In this document: positions 26,370-35,812 of the stretch, in pieces | Layout of the letters: every line of letters starts with the position of its first letter | Numbering within the stretch: position 1 is the stretch's first letter | NCBI GenBank assembly: GCA_965206645.1 | Contig: CBDBKE010000002.1 | Coordinates: forward strand, 608,001-672,000 | From: Terriglobia bacterium | GTDB lineage: Bacteria > Acidobacteriota > Terriglobia > JAJPHL01 > JAPKYU01 | Reading direction: 5' to 3' | Length of the DNA: 64,000 bases | Made by a program: the position numbers and the translations under genes | The notes under the pieces: model-generated | Databases searched by the model: none | Seen by the model: the letters and a program-made list of their open reading frames with translations, nothing else | Told to the model about the DNA's origin: nothing

Positions 26370-26996
26370 ATGGAGGAATTGACGGGCAAGGGAAACCCTG
26401 GCCCGCCGGAGAGTTCCGAGAAACCGGCGACCGGGGTGCCAGCAAAGAAAGCCGAGCAACCCACGGCGCCAAGCAAGCAACAGGCCAAGGAAACTGCTGA
26501 GGGCAATCCGAGCCTCCGCCGGCGGCGCCTGGTGTGGGCTTGCGTCGTGGCCTACTTGGTGACCAACTTCCTGATGTTCCTTCGCTTTTTCCTGCCGCGC
26601 ACGCTCTTTGAACCAAAAACTCGCTTTAGAATCGGCTATCCTAGCGACTTCGCCTTGGGCGTGGAGACCAAGTTCCAAAAGGACTTCCGCATCTGGGTGG
26701 TGCGCAACGCCGAGCGCATCTTCGTGATCTTTGCGCGCTGTACGCACCTGGGCTGTACGCCGGACTGGAAGTCGGCCGAGACCAAGTTCAAGTGTCCGTG
26801 CCACGGCAGCGGCTATGACACTGAGGGAGTCAATTTTGAAGGCCCGGCGCCACGGCCCATGGACCGGGCTCACCTGGAACTGGACGCCCAGGGCCGCATC
26901 GTGGTAGACACCGGGCGCCTCTACGAGTGGCCCAAGGGACTGCAATCGGAGTTCGACGAAGGCGACGGTCGAAGCGGCGCCTTTATCCAGGTGTAG
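26370..26996 (+). CDS. Rieske [2Fe-2S] subunit of a Rieske/cytochrome b complex
   Basis: CTHLGC and CPCHGSGYD boxes, GPAPRP; Arg-rich Tat-like motif plus TM. Confidence 0.95.
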   Translation: MEELTGKGNPGPPESSEKPATGVPAKKAEQPTAPSKQQAKETAEGNPSLRRRRLVWACVVAYLVTNFLMFLRFFLPRTLFEPKTRFRIGYPSDFALGVETKFQKDFRIWVVRNAERIFVIFARCTHLGCTPDWKSAETKFKCPCHGSGYDTEGVNFEGPAPRPMDRAHLELDAQGRIVVDTGRLYEWPKGLQSEFDEGDGRSGAFIQV

Positions 26997-27038
26997 GGTT
27001 CAGCGTGTAAGGTTCAGCCCCGCAGGCGGGAGATTCGC

Positions 27039-27974
27039 ATGGCAGAGGAAAACACGAAGCAGGACGGCGACGGCAACCAAGGCGTGAGCAGGAACGGGAA
27101 AACGAAGGTGGCCACGCTGGTAGAGAAGGCCAAGGCTGGAGCCCGCCTGCTGATGGGGCAGGTGCAGGAAGACGCTGAGGCGCTGAAGAAACCGCAGAAG
27201 ACCCAGCTGTGGAAGTCCCTGTTCCGGGTCAAGCACGATGACACGACCCGTAGCCGGGCGTTGGGCGTGCTGAGCAATGTCTTCCTGCACCTGCACCCGG
27301 CCAAGGTCAATCGCGACGCCGTGCGCTACAGCTACACCTGGGGCATGGGGGGCATCACCTTTTACCTGTTCATTGTCCTGACATTCACCGGGGTGCTCCT
27401 GATGTTCTACTACCACCCCACCAAGGTGCAGGCATTCCAAGATATCCTCTACCTGGAGCATGACGTGCCCTTCGGCCGCCTGCTGCGGAACATGCACCGC
27501 TGGGGCGCGCACCTGATGATCATCACCGTGTGGCTGCACATGTTCCGGGTGTTCCTGACCGGCTCCTACAAGAAGCCGCGCGAGTTCAACTGGGTGGTGG
27601 GGGTGATCCTGCTGGTGCTAACCATGCTGCTGTCGTTCACCGGCTATCTGCTGCCCGACGACCAGTTGGGATTCTGGGCGGTGACGGTGGGCACGAACAT
27701 GGCACGCGCCACTCCGATGCTGGGATCCGAAGGGCCATTTGGGCCGCAACTGGGAATGAGCCCCCTAAACGATGTGCGCTTTGCTCTGTTGGGCGGTTCC
27801 ATCGTGGATTCCAACGCCCTGCTGCGCTCCTATATCTGGCACTGCATTGCCATTCCCCTGATCGCCGCCGTTTTCATGGGGGTCCACTTCTGGCGGGTAC
27901 GCAAAGACGGCGGGATTTCCGGCCCGGCGCCGGTGATGCTAGAAAGCGAAATCAAGGAAGTCCGGAAGCTATAG
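27039..27974 (+). CDS. Cytochrome b, N-terminal (b6-like) subunit
   Basis: Four heme His ligands (RNMHRW, WLHMFR, IWHC, GVHFW); GSYKKPREFNW, TGYLLP. Confidence 0.95.
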   Translation: MAEENTKQDGDGNQGVSRNGKTKVATLVEKAKAGARLLMGQVQEDAEALKKPQKTQLWKSLFRVKHDDTTRSRALGVLSNVFLHLHPAKVNRDAVRYSYTWGMGGITFYLFIVLTFTGVLLMFYYHPTKVQAFQDILYLEHDVPFGRLLRNMHRWGAHLMIITVWLHMFRVFLTGSYKKPREFNWVVGVILLVLTMLLSFTGYLLPDDQLGFWAVTVGTNMARATPMLGSEGPFGPQLGMSPLNDVRFALLGGSIVDSNALLRSYIWHCIAIPLIAAVFMGVHFWRVRKDGGISGPAPVMLESEIKEVRKL

Positions 27975-27989
27975 CAGAGAGGGAAGCCG

Positions 27990-28925
27990 ATGGATTGGGC
28001 GCAACTGTGGGAAATCGCATCCGCACCGGACAACGTGCCGATCGTGGCACTGCTGTTTCTGGTGCCTTTCTACTCCTGGTACGGCTTGCGCCAGGCTCTG
28101 GCCAATGACCGGCTGATCGCACAACTGGAAGCCGACCCTCAATTGGCGAAGACGCATCATCGCAAAACCCATCCTTTCCGGCCCGGCTGGGCCCGCGAGG
28201 TACATGTCTGGCCCTTCTTGCTGCGGATAGAATTTCTGGCAGCCATCATCGTGACCGTGATCCTGATGGTTTGGTCTCTGACGCTGGACGCGCCCCTGGA
28301 AGAGCCGGCCAATCCAAGCCTGACCATGAATCCTGCCAAAGCTCCCTGGTATTTCCTGGGCCTGCAGGAGATGCTGGTTTACTTTGACCCCTGGATCGCT
28401 GGTGTGGTGATGCCCACCCTCATCGTTATCGGGCTGATGGCGATCCCCTACATAGACGAGAATCCGCTGGGCACCGGCTACTACACCTTCCGCCAGCGCC
28501 GCTTTGCCATCCTGACGTTTTGCTTCGGTTTCATCTTGCTCTGGGTGGCGATGGTGGTGATTGGCACCTTTATCCGCGGACCGGGCTGGATGTGGTTCTG
28601 GCCCGGCCAAGTCTGGGACCATAACAAGCTGATCTTTGAAGCCAACCGGGACTTGCCCGACATCCTGGGCATTACCAGCATGGCGGGCAAAGGCATCCTC
28701 GGAGCTCTGGTGGTGGGCGGCTATTTCCTGCTGGCTGGTGTCGGCCTCCATATGTTGATTACGCTCACGGAGTTCAGCCGCAAGATATACAAGCGAATGA
28801 ACTTGCTGCAGTACCTGACCATGCAGTTTCTCGTCGTTACTATGCTGGCCCTGCCGGTGAAGATCTTCCTCCGGCTGCTGTTCCGGATTAAGTACATCTG
28901 GGTGACCCCATGGTTCAACGTCTGA
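27990..28925 (+). CDS. Cytochrome b C-terminal/subunit IV-like protein
   Basis: APLEEPANP...NPAKAPWYFLGLQE (Qo-motif region), IPYID; multiple TMs. Confidence 0.88.
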   Translation: MDWAQLWEIASAPDNVPIVALLFLVPFYSWYGLRQALANDRLIAQLEADPQLAKTHHRKTHPFRPGWAREVHVWPFLLRIEFLAAIIVTVILMVWSLTLDAPLEEPANPSLTMNPAKAPWYFLGLQEMLVYFDPWIAGVVMPTLIVIGLMAIPYIDENPLGTGYYTFRQRRFAILTFCFGFILLWVAMVVIGTFIRGPGWMWFWPGQVWDHNKLIFEANRDLPDILGITSMAGKGILGALVVGGYFLLAGVGLHMLITLTEFSRKIYKRMNLLQYLTMQFLVVTMLALPVKIFLRLLFRIKYIWVTPWFNV

Positions 28926-28928
28926 AAG

Positions 28929-28973
28929 CAAGGTGCGAAGGCCCGAGGTGCGAGGGCCCAAGGTGCGAAGGCA
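28929..28973. repeat. 15-bp tandem repeat x3 in the intergenic spacer
   Basis: CAAGGTGCGAAGGCC, CGAGGTGCGAGGGCC, CAAGGTGCGAAGGCA, running into the AAGGAGG RBS. Confidence 0.8.
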
Positions 28974-28985
28974 AGGAGGGGCCTG

Positions 28986-31900
28986 GTGCCTGAGACACCC
29001 GCTCCCGAACGAGACCCGATCGTCAGCCAGTCCCTCAGCGGTCCCCTGCTGATTTCCGCCTTCTTGCTGGTGGTGACGGTGGCTTGGTCCCTGTACGACG
29101 AACTGTACGGGCAGCGTCCCTGGAAGGATTACCAGAAGCGGTTTGTGGGCCAGTACACGGCGTATCTGAAGAGTTTGGAACCCAAGCAGGCGAGCGCGGA
29201 AGAGAAACTCCGGGGTTCGGACGAATACCAGCGCCTGGAGCAGGAATTGGCCGAAGCCGACAAGGCCGTTGCACCCAGGCTGCGCGACCTTGGCCGCGAG
29301 ATGAACCAGGAGCTTACCCCACGGATCATGGCCATAACCGAAGTTTTCCAGGTGGCCCGCGGGAAGTTGGGTGAAAAGACCTACCAACTGGAAACCGCCT
29401 CCAGCCCCAGCAAAAAAGAGTCGCGCAGAAAGGCGTTGGAACAGGCCAGACAGGAGAAGTGGTCGGCCCGGCTGCCGGCCGGCGACGGCAAAATCGAGCG
29501 GGTCAGCCTCACCTACGACGAGCTGGAACGGGAATTCAACGAGTTGAAGGACCGCAGGGCAAAGTTACAGGCTGAGCGCGCCGAACTGCTCCGACGGCCC
29601 ACCGAACTTCGGGCCCAACGGGATGCCTACTTGAAAGAAAACCTGGACGGCCTGGACAAACAGCAGATCGCCGGGCTGCTCCGGAACATGGAGAACTTTG
29701 AATACAAGATCAAGCAGATTCACGTTGGGGCGAAGCGCGTCTACGCAGGAGTTGGGCGCGTAGATATGGTGGATCGCTGCCACTCCTGCCACGCGGGGAT
29801 CCTGGAGCAAGTCCCGCTGACCAGGGACGACATGGGCGGCGAAGCAGCCTTCACCAGCCATCCCAATCCCGAGCTGCTGCGCGTCCACGACCCGGAGCGG
29901 TTCGGCTGCTCGCCCTGCCACGGAGGCAACGGGCGCGCCACCACCAGCGTGAAGAAAGCCCACGGCCAGTACAAACACTGGCTGTGGCCGCTGTACGCAC
30001 GAGAGAACGCGGAAGCCGGCTGCCAGCAGTGCCACAGCACCGAGATGGTGCTGGAACATGCGGAAGTGCTCAACGCGGGCAAGCAGCTTTTCCGCAACAA
30101 GGGCTGCATCGGCTGCCACCGCTATGAGCGTTTTGACCCGGAGGCCGAACGGCTGCAAACGGCGCGGTTGGCTATCCAGTCGCGGGAAGAACAGCGCAAG
30201 AAAAAGGAGCGCAAAGTTGCATTAACCATTCGGGCTGCCAATGCAGCCACCGACAACGCCACCTTCTCCCGGCTGAACGCCAAGGCAGATGGCTTGCGCC
30301 AGGGCCTGTCACTGATTGACCACGAGCTGGAACAGCTCCAATTGGAGTCTCGCAGCCTGATGCGCGAGTTGAAAAAGATCGGTCCTAACCTCAAGGACGT
30401 GCGGCAGAAACTGCGTCCCGAGTGGTTGCCGGTCTGGATCCAGAATCCGCATGAGTTCCGGCCCACAACCAAGATGCCGCGCTTCCGGCTTAGGGAGCAG
30501 GAAGTGCAAGCCATCGCCGCCTACCTGTGGCAGACCGGCACTCAGTTGCCCGTGCCGAAACGGCCGCCGGGCGACCCGGTGCGCGGCAAGGAATCCTTTG
30601 AGACGCGCGGCTGCATGGGCTGCCACTCGGTGGGGGAGGGCAGCCAGCGGTTGGGCGGCACGTTTGCCGCCAACCTGAGCCGCTTGGGCGAGAAAGCCAA
30701 CTACGAATACATCGTGCGCTGGATTCACAACCCGCGCGAGCGCAGCCTGCCCTATTGCCCGCTGGAGAACCGTGACATCGGTCCCGAAGACTACGCCAAG
30801 CACGGGTTGCCCTTCCGTTTCGACCTGGATCACAGCCTCTGCCCCAACGACGGCTCCGAAATGCAGGTACAGCAAATGACGGTCATGCCCAGCCTGCGTC
30901 TGAGCTGGCAGGAGAGCCGCGACGTCGCCAGCTACCTGATGACTCTGAAGCGGGAGGGCAAATCAGATTACCCGCCTGTGGAGTTTCTCAACGACCCGAA
31001 ACTCATGGCGCAGGGGTCCATCTACATCCGACACTATGGATGCGCGGGTTGCCACGAAATTTCCGGCTTCGAGCAGGAAAGCCGCATCGGGACGGAACTC
31101 ACCACCGAGGGTAGCAAACCCATCGAGCGTCTGGACTTTGCCCTGCTGACCCACGATGCCAAGAAAGAGGGCTGGTACGACCACAAGGGCTTTTTCGAGC
31201 GCAAGCTGGGCGACCCGACCGTCTTTGACCAGGGGAAGGAGAAAGCGCGGCTGGAGCTGCTCAGGATGCCCGAGCCTAACGTTACCCCGCGGGAAATCAC
31301 TGCGCTCACCACCTTCCTGCTGGGCAGCGTGGACCAGACCATACCGGCTCAGTATCAGTTCCGGCCTTCGGACCAGCGCCAAGACATTCAGGAAGGCTGG
31401 TGGATTGCCACCAAGTACAACTGCATGGGCTGCCACCAGGTCCGCATCGGCCAGGAATCGGTGCTGATGAATGTACCGCGCTATCAGACTCCAGACGGAA
31501 AAGAGCAGTTGCCGCCACGTTTGGTCGGCGTGGGCGCCCGCGTCAATCCCGCCTGGCTGCTTGACTTCCTGGAAAACCCGGCGCTCAGCAGCAAAGACAC
31601 GGACCGGAATGGCGCCCGGCACTACTTGAAAGCGCGCATGCCCACCTTCCACTTCTCTGACGGCGAACTTCGGAAACTGGTGCGCTTTTTTGCGGCCCTG
31701 GCGTCCCAGGCCACCCCCTATATTCCGCCTCGCTTGGAGCCACTGTCGTCTCAAGAGATGAAACTGGCACGGCAACTGTTTACCCACCCGGCCGCGCCCT
31801 GCTTGAAGTGCCATGCGACCGGAGATCCGGCTCACGACCGCAATGCCACCGCTCCCAATTTCCTGCTGGCGAAGGAACGCCTGAAATCAGGCTGGACCAA

Positions 31901-32168
31901 ACGCTGGATGGTCGAGCCCTCGCTGATCAGCCCCGGCACTTCTATGCCGGACGAGCTGTTCCGGCAGGAAGGAGAACGGTGGGTCTTCAACTTCGGCGGG
32001 CCGGCTCCGGAATCGTTCCGGAGCTATGAGAAGGACCACGTAGAGCTGCTCACGCGCTACATGTTCCAGATGACGCCGCAAGAGCAGCGCAGGCTTACCG
32101 GCAGACGAGTCTCGGCCTCCGTTCCGGTCAAGGGAAGAAAGCTGGCACGGATGCGTCGCGCACAATAA
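28986..32168 (+). CDS. Membrane-anchored octaheme cytochrome c (1060 aa)
   Basis: Eight CxxCH motifs: CHSCH, CSPCH, CQQCH, CIGCH, CMGCH, CAGCH, CMGCH, CLKCH; N-terminal TM; coiled-coil stretches. Confidence 0.93.
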   Translation: MPETPAPERDPIVSQSLSGPLLISAFLLVVTVAWSLYDELYGQRPWKDYQKRFVGQYTAYLKSLEPKQASAEEKLRGSDEYQRLEQELAEADKAVAPRLRDLGREMNQELTPRIMAITEVFQVARGKLGEKTYQLETASSPSKKESRRKALEQARQEKWSARLPAGDGKIERVSLTYDELEREFNELKDRRAKLQAERAELLRRPTELRAQRDAYLKENLDGLDKQQIAGLLRNMENFEYKIKQIHVGAKRVYAGVGRVDMVDRCHSCHAGILEQVPLTRDDMGGEAAFTSHPNPELLRVHDPERFGCSPCHGGNGRATTSVKKAHGQYKHWLWPLYARENAEAGCQQCHSTEMVLEHAEVLNAGKQLFRNKGCIGCHRYERFDPEAERLQTARLAIQSREEQRKKKERKVALTIRAANAATDNATFSRLNAKADGLRQGLSLIDHELEQLQLESRSLMRELKKIGPNLKDVRQKLRPEWLPVWIQNPHEFRPTTKMPRFRLREQEVQAIAAYLWQTGTQLPVPKRPPGDPVRGKESFETRGCMGCHSVGEGSQRLGGTFAANLSRLGEKANYEYIVRWIHNPRERSLPYCPLENRDIGPEDYAKHGLPFRFDLDHSLCPNDGSEMQVQQMTVMPSLRLSWQESRDVASYLMTLKREGKSDYPPVEFLNDPKLMAQGSIYIRHYGCAGCHEISGFEQESRIGTELTTEGSKPIERLDFALLTHDAKKEGWYDHKGFFERKLGDPTVFDQGKEKARLELLRMPEPNVTPREITALTTFLLGSVDQTIPAQYQFRPSDQRQDIQEGWWIATKYNCMGCHQVRIGQESVLMNVPRYQTPDGKEQLPPRLVGVGARVNPAWLLDFLENPALSSKDTDRNGARHYLKARMPTFHFSDGELRKLVRFFAALASQATPYIPPRLEPLSSQEMKLARQLFTHPAAPCLKCHATGDPAHDRNATAPNFLLAKERLKSGWTKRWMVEPSLISPGTSMPDELFRQEGERWVFNFGGPAPESFRSYEKDHVELLTRYMFQMTPQEQRRLTGRRVSASVPVKGRKLARMRRAQ

Positions 32169-32228
32169 CTCGACTGGAGCTCCTGAACGGACAGTAAGAG
32201 GACAAGTTCAGCGAAAGGGTGACAAACG

Positions 32229-33029
32229 ATGCGAAACGCAAAGCTACTGTGGTTCTTGATTGTGGTGCTGGCGCTGGGGATCGCTGGCTGCGCTACGAAG
32301 GAAGAAGCTCCACCCGTCCGAGAAGCGGCGGAGGCGCAACCGCCACCCACGCCGATTGACCCGGCCACCGTCGGTTCCATCACCGGCAAAGTCAGCTTCG
32401 ACGGATCGAAACCCAAGGCCCGGGTGATCCGCATGGATGCGGAGCCGGACTGCAAGCGCCTGCACAGCAGCCCGGTGCGGTCCCAGGAAGTAATCGTGAA
32501 CAAGAACGGGACGTTGCTGAACGTCTTCGTCTATGTAAAGCAGGGCCTGAGCAACTACAGCTTTGAAACCCCCAAGACTCCTGTGACCATGGATCAGGAT
32601 GGCTGCATCTACAGTCCCCACGTCATTGGCGTGCAAACCGGGCAGGAAATCCATGTTTTGAACAGCGACCCCACCACCCACAACATTCACCCCCTGCCCA
32701 AGAACAACCGGGAATGGAACGTGTCGCAGCCGCCCGGGGCGGACAAGATTGTGCAGAGCTTCCCGCGGGAAGAGCTGCTGATCCCGGTCAAGTGCAACGT
32801 GCACCCTTGGATGCGCAGTTACATTGGCGTGCTCAAGCACCCCTTCTTTGCGGTGACCGGCGAAGAAGGCACGTTCGAACTGAAAGGGCTGCCGCCAGCG
32901 GAATACGTAGTGGCCGCCTGGCACGAAAAGTATGGAACCCAAGAACAGAAAGTAGCGCTGGGACCCACGGAAGCCAAGAGCGTCGACTTCGCTTTCCCGG
33001 AAACGGCCACGACAGCGGGTGGCCTGTAG
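32229..33029 (+). CDS. Lipoprotein with cupredoxin-like (type-1 copper) and carboxypeptidase-regulatory-like domains
   Basis: Lipobox IAGC; DQDGC.YSPHV; NSD...HNIH...KCNVHPWM ligand pattern. Confidence 0.78.
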   Translation: MRNAKLLWFLIVVLALGIAGCATKEEAPPVREAAEAQPPPTPIDPATVGSITGKVSFDGSKPKARVIRMDAEPDCKRLHSSPVRSQEVIVNKNGTLLNVFVYVKQGLSNYSFETPKTPVTMDQDGCIYSPHVIGVQTGQEIHVLNSDPTTHNIHPLPKNNREWNVSQPPGADKIVQSFPREELLIPVKCNVHPWMRSYIGVLKHPFFAVTGEEGTFELKGLPPAEYVVAAWHEKYGTQEQKVALGPTEAKSVDFAFPETATTAGGL

Positions 33030-33039
33030 ACTGCACTAA

Positions 33040-34023
33040 ATGCGCCACTGCTCACACAGTCTTTGGTTGCACAGATACGCTGTCCTGGTGGCCGGCGCCA
33101 CCTTCCTGCTGATTCTCGCAGGAGCCCTGGTCACCAGTAACGACGCCGGCCTGGCGGTGCCCGACTGGCCCTTATCCTACGGCGGGTTGACGCCGCCCAT
33201 GGTCGGGGGCATCTTCTACGAGCACGGCCACCGGCTGGTGGCGGCCACCGTAGGATTGATGACCATCGGCCTGGCAGTCTGGTTGTGGCGGCGCGAGCCC
33301 CGGCGCTGGGTTCGCCTGTTGGGATGGGCGGCCCTGGGGACGGTGGTTGTCCAGGGAATTCTCGGCGGAATCACCGTGCTGTACTACCTTCCGCCTGCCG
33401 TCTCGATCGCGCATGCCTGCCTGGCACAATTCTTTTTCTGCTGCACGGTCAGCCTGGCTGTCTTTACTTCGCCTTCTTGGGTGAACTCCGGAGGGGCCGC
33501 AGCCCGGTCCGCAGGTGAGTCCGAAGAAGATCGCGGCGCAACCCTGTTTGGCCTGGCAGTAGCCACGGCACTCGCGGTGTATAGCCAGTTGGTCCTGGGG
33601 GCAGCCGTGCGGCACGCCGTGCTGGGCATCTGGCCTCACATTTTCGGGGCGGCGGTCGTGGCGGCTTTGGGATTTGCAACCGTGGCACGAGTGTTCCGGC
33701 CCCGGGACTCGGACCCGCACCTGCTGCGTCGCCCCGCGGCCCTGGTGGCGGTCCTGGTGCTCATCCAGATGGGTTTAGGCTTGGGCTCTTATTTGGTGAA
33801 ATACGCGGCCGAGCGAGTTCAGCCTCTCCCGCTGGACGTCGCCATCAGCAGTGCGCACGTGGCCTTCGGTGCGCTGTTGCTGGCTGCCAGCCTGGTACTG
33901 GCGCTCCGAGTGCATCGCCTGCGCGGCCAGGTTAGAGACCAAGTTAAAGAAACGAAGCAGGGGCGGGTGCTGGCACTGTCCACCGCCCTGTCCATCGAAG
34001 AAGTGCCCGAGAACGCGGTATGA
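33040..34023 (+). CDS. ctaA: Heme A synthase (COX15/CtaA)
   Basis: GALVTS..AGL..PDWP, EHGHR, QG.LGG.TV, conserved His in TM helices. Confidence 0.88.
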   Translation: MRHCSHSLWLHRYAVLVAGATFLLILAGALVTSNDAGLAVPDWPLSYGGLTPPMVGGIFYEHGHRLVAATVGLMTIGLAVWLWRREPRRWVRLLGWAALGTVVVQGILGGITVLYYLPPAVSIAHACLAQFFFCCTVSLAVFTSPSWVNSGGAAARSAGESEEDRGATLFGLAVATALAVYSQLVLGAAVRHAVLGIWPHIFGAAVVAALGFATVARVFRPRDSDPHLLRRPAALVAVLVLIQMGLGLGSYLVKYAAERVQPLPLDVAISSAHVAFGALLLAASLVLALRVHRLRGQVRDQVKETKQGRVLALSTALSIEEVPENAV

Positions 34024-34922
34024 GAAGCATTCTCCAGTCGTGGAAGCTAAACGTGGCGGCCGAGCGTAGCCGGCTGGCTGACTACCTGGAGCTTTGCAAG
34101 CCCGAAGTGACCTCGTTGATCCTAGTCGCAACGGCGGTGGGCTTTTGCGCTGCTTCGTCCAGCCAGTTTCGGGCGGATCTACTTGCGCATACTCTGTTGG
34201 GGACACTCTTGGTAGCGGCGGGGACCGCGGCACTGAATCAGTTCTTCGAGCGGGATGCCGACGGCCGGATGCGCCGCACGGATCAGCGCCCGCTGCCCGC
34301 CGGACGGATGGCTCCCGGCCGCGCCCTCGCCTTTGGCGTGGCGACCGGGGCCGCCGGCGTCTTCTATCTGGCCACCACCACGAACCGCCTGGCCGCCGGG
34401 CTGGCCTTGCTGACCATGCTCAGCTACCTGCTCCTGTACACGCCTCTTAAAGCGAAGACACCCGCCAGCACCACGGTTGGCGCGTTCCCTGGCGCGGCTC
34501 CGCCACTGATTGGCTGGGCGGCCGCGACGGGCGAGTTGAGCTTGGGGGCCTGGGTCCTCTACGCCATCCTGTTCCTCTGGCAGTTTCCGCATTTCCTGGC
34601 CATTGCCTGGATGTACCGCGAGGACTACCGTCGCGCCGGCTTCCTCGTGCTGCCGGTATTGGAGCCGAATGGGGTAAGCACCGCCCGCCGGGTAGTGTTC
34701 TGCCTGCTCGTTCTGCTGCCGGTGAGCCTGCTCCCCAGCCTGGTCGGCATGGCGGGGCCGCTTTATCTTGCTGGAGCGCTCCTGCTCGGCCTGGCTTTCT
34801 TTTACTTCGGGCTGCGCCTGGCGCAGACACGCACCCTGGTCGAGGCGCGGCGACTCCTGCACGCCTCGGTCGCGTACCTGCCTTTGCTGTACGGGCTGCT
34901 GCTGGTAGATCGAGGGTCGTAG
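34020..34922 (+). CDS. ctaB: Protoheme IX farnesyltransferase (heme O synthase)
   Basis: NQFFERD.D..M.RT..RPLP.GR, YTPLK, WQFPHF.AIAW.YREDY..AG. Confidence 0.95.
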   Translation: MRSILQSWKLNVAAERSRLADYLELCKPEVTSLILVATAVGFCAASSSQFRADLLAHTLLGTLLVAAGTAALNQFFERDADGRMRRTDQRPLPAGRMAPGRALAFGVATGAAGVFYLATTTNRLAAGLALLTMLSYLLLYTPLKAKTPASTTVGAFPGAAPPLIGWAAATGELSLGAWVLYAILFLWQFPHFLAIAWMYREDYRRAGFLVLPVLEPNGVSTARRVVFCLLVLLPVSLLPSLVGMAGPLYLAGALLLGLAFFYFGLRLAQTRTLVEARRLLHASVAYLPLLYGLLLVDRGS

Positions 34923-34949
34923 TGTAGGTTCCGGAAGCCCCTAGAAACG

Positions 34950-35258
34950 ATGTGGGAAACGATCATCCTGCTGGCGATTTACCTGGTGCTTGGCCTGCTC
35001 TGCCTCGCGGTGGCCGGGTGGGGTGTGGTCACTGGCCAGTTCCTCGATGTGGACGGGCTTTTCCTGGTCCTCGTGTGCCTGAGCTTGGCAGTGGTCTTTC
35101 TCGCCGCGTTCGCCCTTGCCATCCGGCGTGGTGAATTCGCAGCCGTGATGAAAGGCTTGCGGCGCTCCCAGGCGGCTACCTTGCCCGAAGCCCCCGGGCC
35201 CGAAGCTCCCGGACAAGCTGAAGCAACCAACCGTTCGCGGCAGCAAGCTAACCAGTAA
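34950..35258 (+). CDS. Small membrane protein
   Basis: Two TM segments; operon position. Confidence 0.6.
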   Translation: MWETIILLAIYLVLGLLCLAVAGWGVVTGQFLDVDGLFLVLVCLSLAVVFLAAFALAIRRGEFAAVMKGLRRSQAATLPEAPGPEAPGQAEATNRSRQQANQ

Positions 35259-35275
35259 CCACCATAGCGGCCCCG

Positions 35276-35704
35276 ATGTTCTCCATCCCCCAGTGGCCCG
35301 CGCTGAACGCCAGCCTCAATGCCTTAAGCGCGCTGCTGCTGGCCGCCGGCTACTTCTTCATCCGTCGCAAGCGAGTCGCCATCCACCGCTTCTTCATGGG
35401 GGCCGCGTTTCTGACTTCATCCCTGTTTCTGGCTTCCTACCTGGGTTACCACTACTTCGTGGGCGCCACTTCGTTTTCGGGGCGGGGCTGGATCCGCCCG
35501 GTTTACCTTTCCATCTTGCTGTCGCACACCGTGCTGGCCGCGCTGACGGTGCCTCTGGTAATTGTCACGCTGTCCCGCGCCCTGCGCGAGCAGTTCGACC
35601 GGCACCGGCGGATTGCTCGCTGGACGCTGCCAATCTGGTTCTACGTCTCCGTCACCGGAGTGATCATCTACGCGATGCTGTACCACCTGTATCCCTCGCG
35701 CTGA
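35276..35704 (+). CDS. DUF420 membrane protein (usually linked to cytochrome oxidase genes)
   Basis: P.LNA.LN, H...M..AF..S..FL.SY..YH, HRRIARWT.PIW.YVSVTG. Confidence 0.9.
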   Translation: MFSIPQWPALNASLNALSALLLAAGYFFIRRKRVAIHRFFMGAAFLTSSLFLASYLGYHYFVGATSFSGRGWIRPVYLSILLSHTVLAALTVPLVIVTLSRALREQFDRHRRIARWTLPIWFYVSVTGVIIYAMLYHLYPSR

Positions 35705-35812
35705 AGCCTGGGGGAAACCCGCGGGAGAACCGCTGGTTCGACGCGCGAACGTGAGCCAGTCTCTACCGCACACAACTCTCGGGAGTCAGAAGCGGCATGT
35801 ATAATGTCGATT

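Noticed and set aside
28986-32168. Octaheme as a hydroxylamine oxidoreductase or octaheme nitrite/tetrathionate reductase
   Set aside because: The hemes are spread over about 700 aa in repeated His/Met-type domains with no CxxCK, unlike the compact heme spacing of those families.
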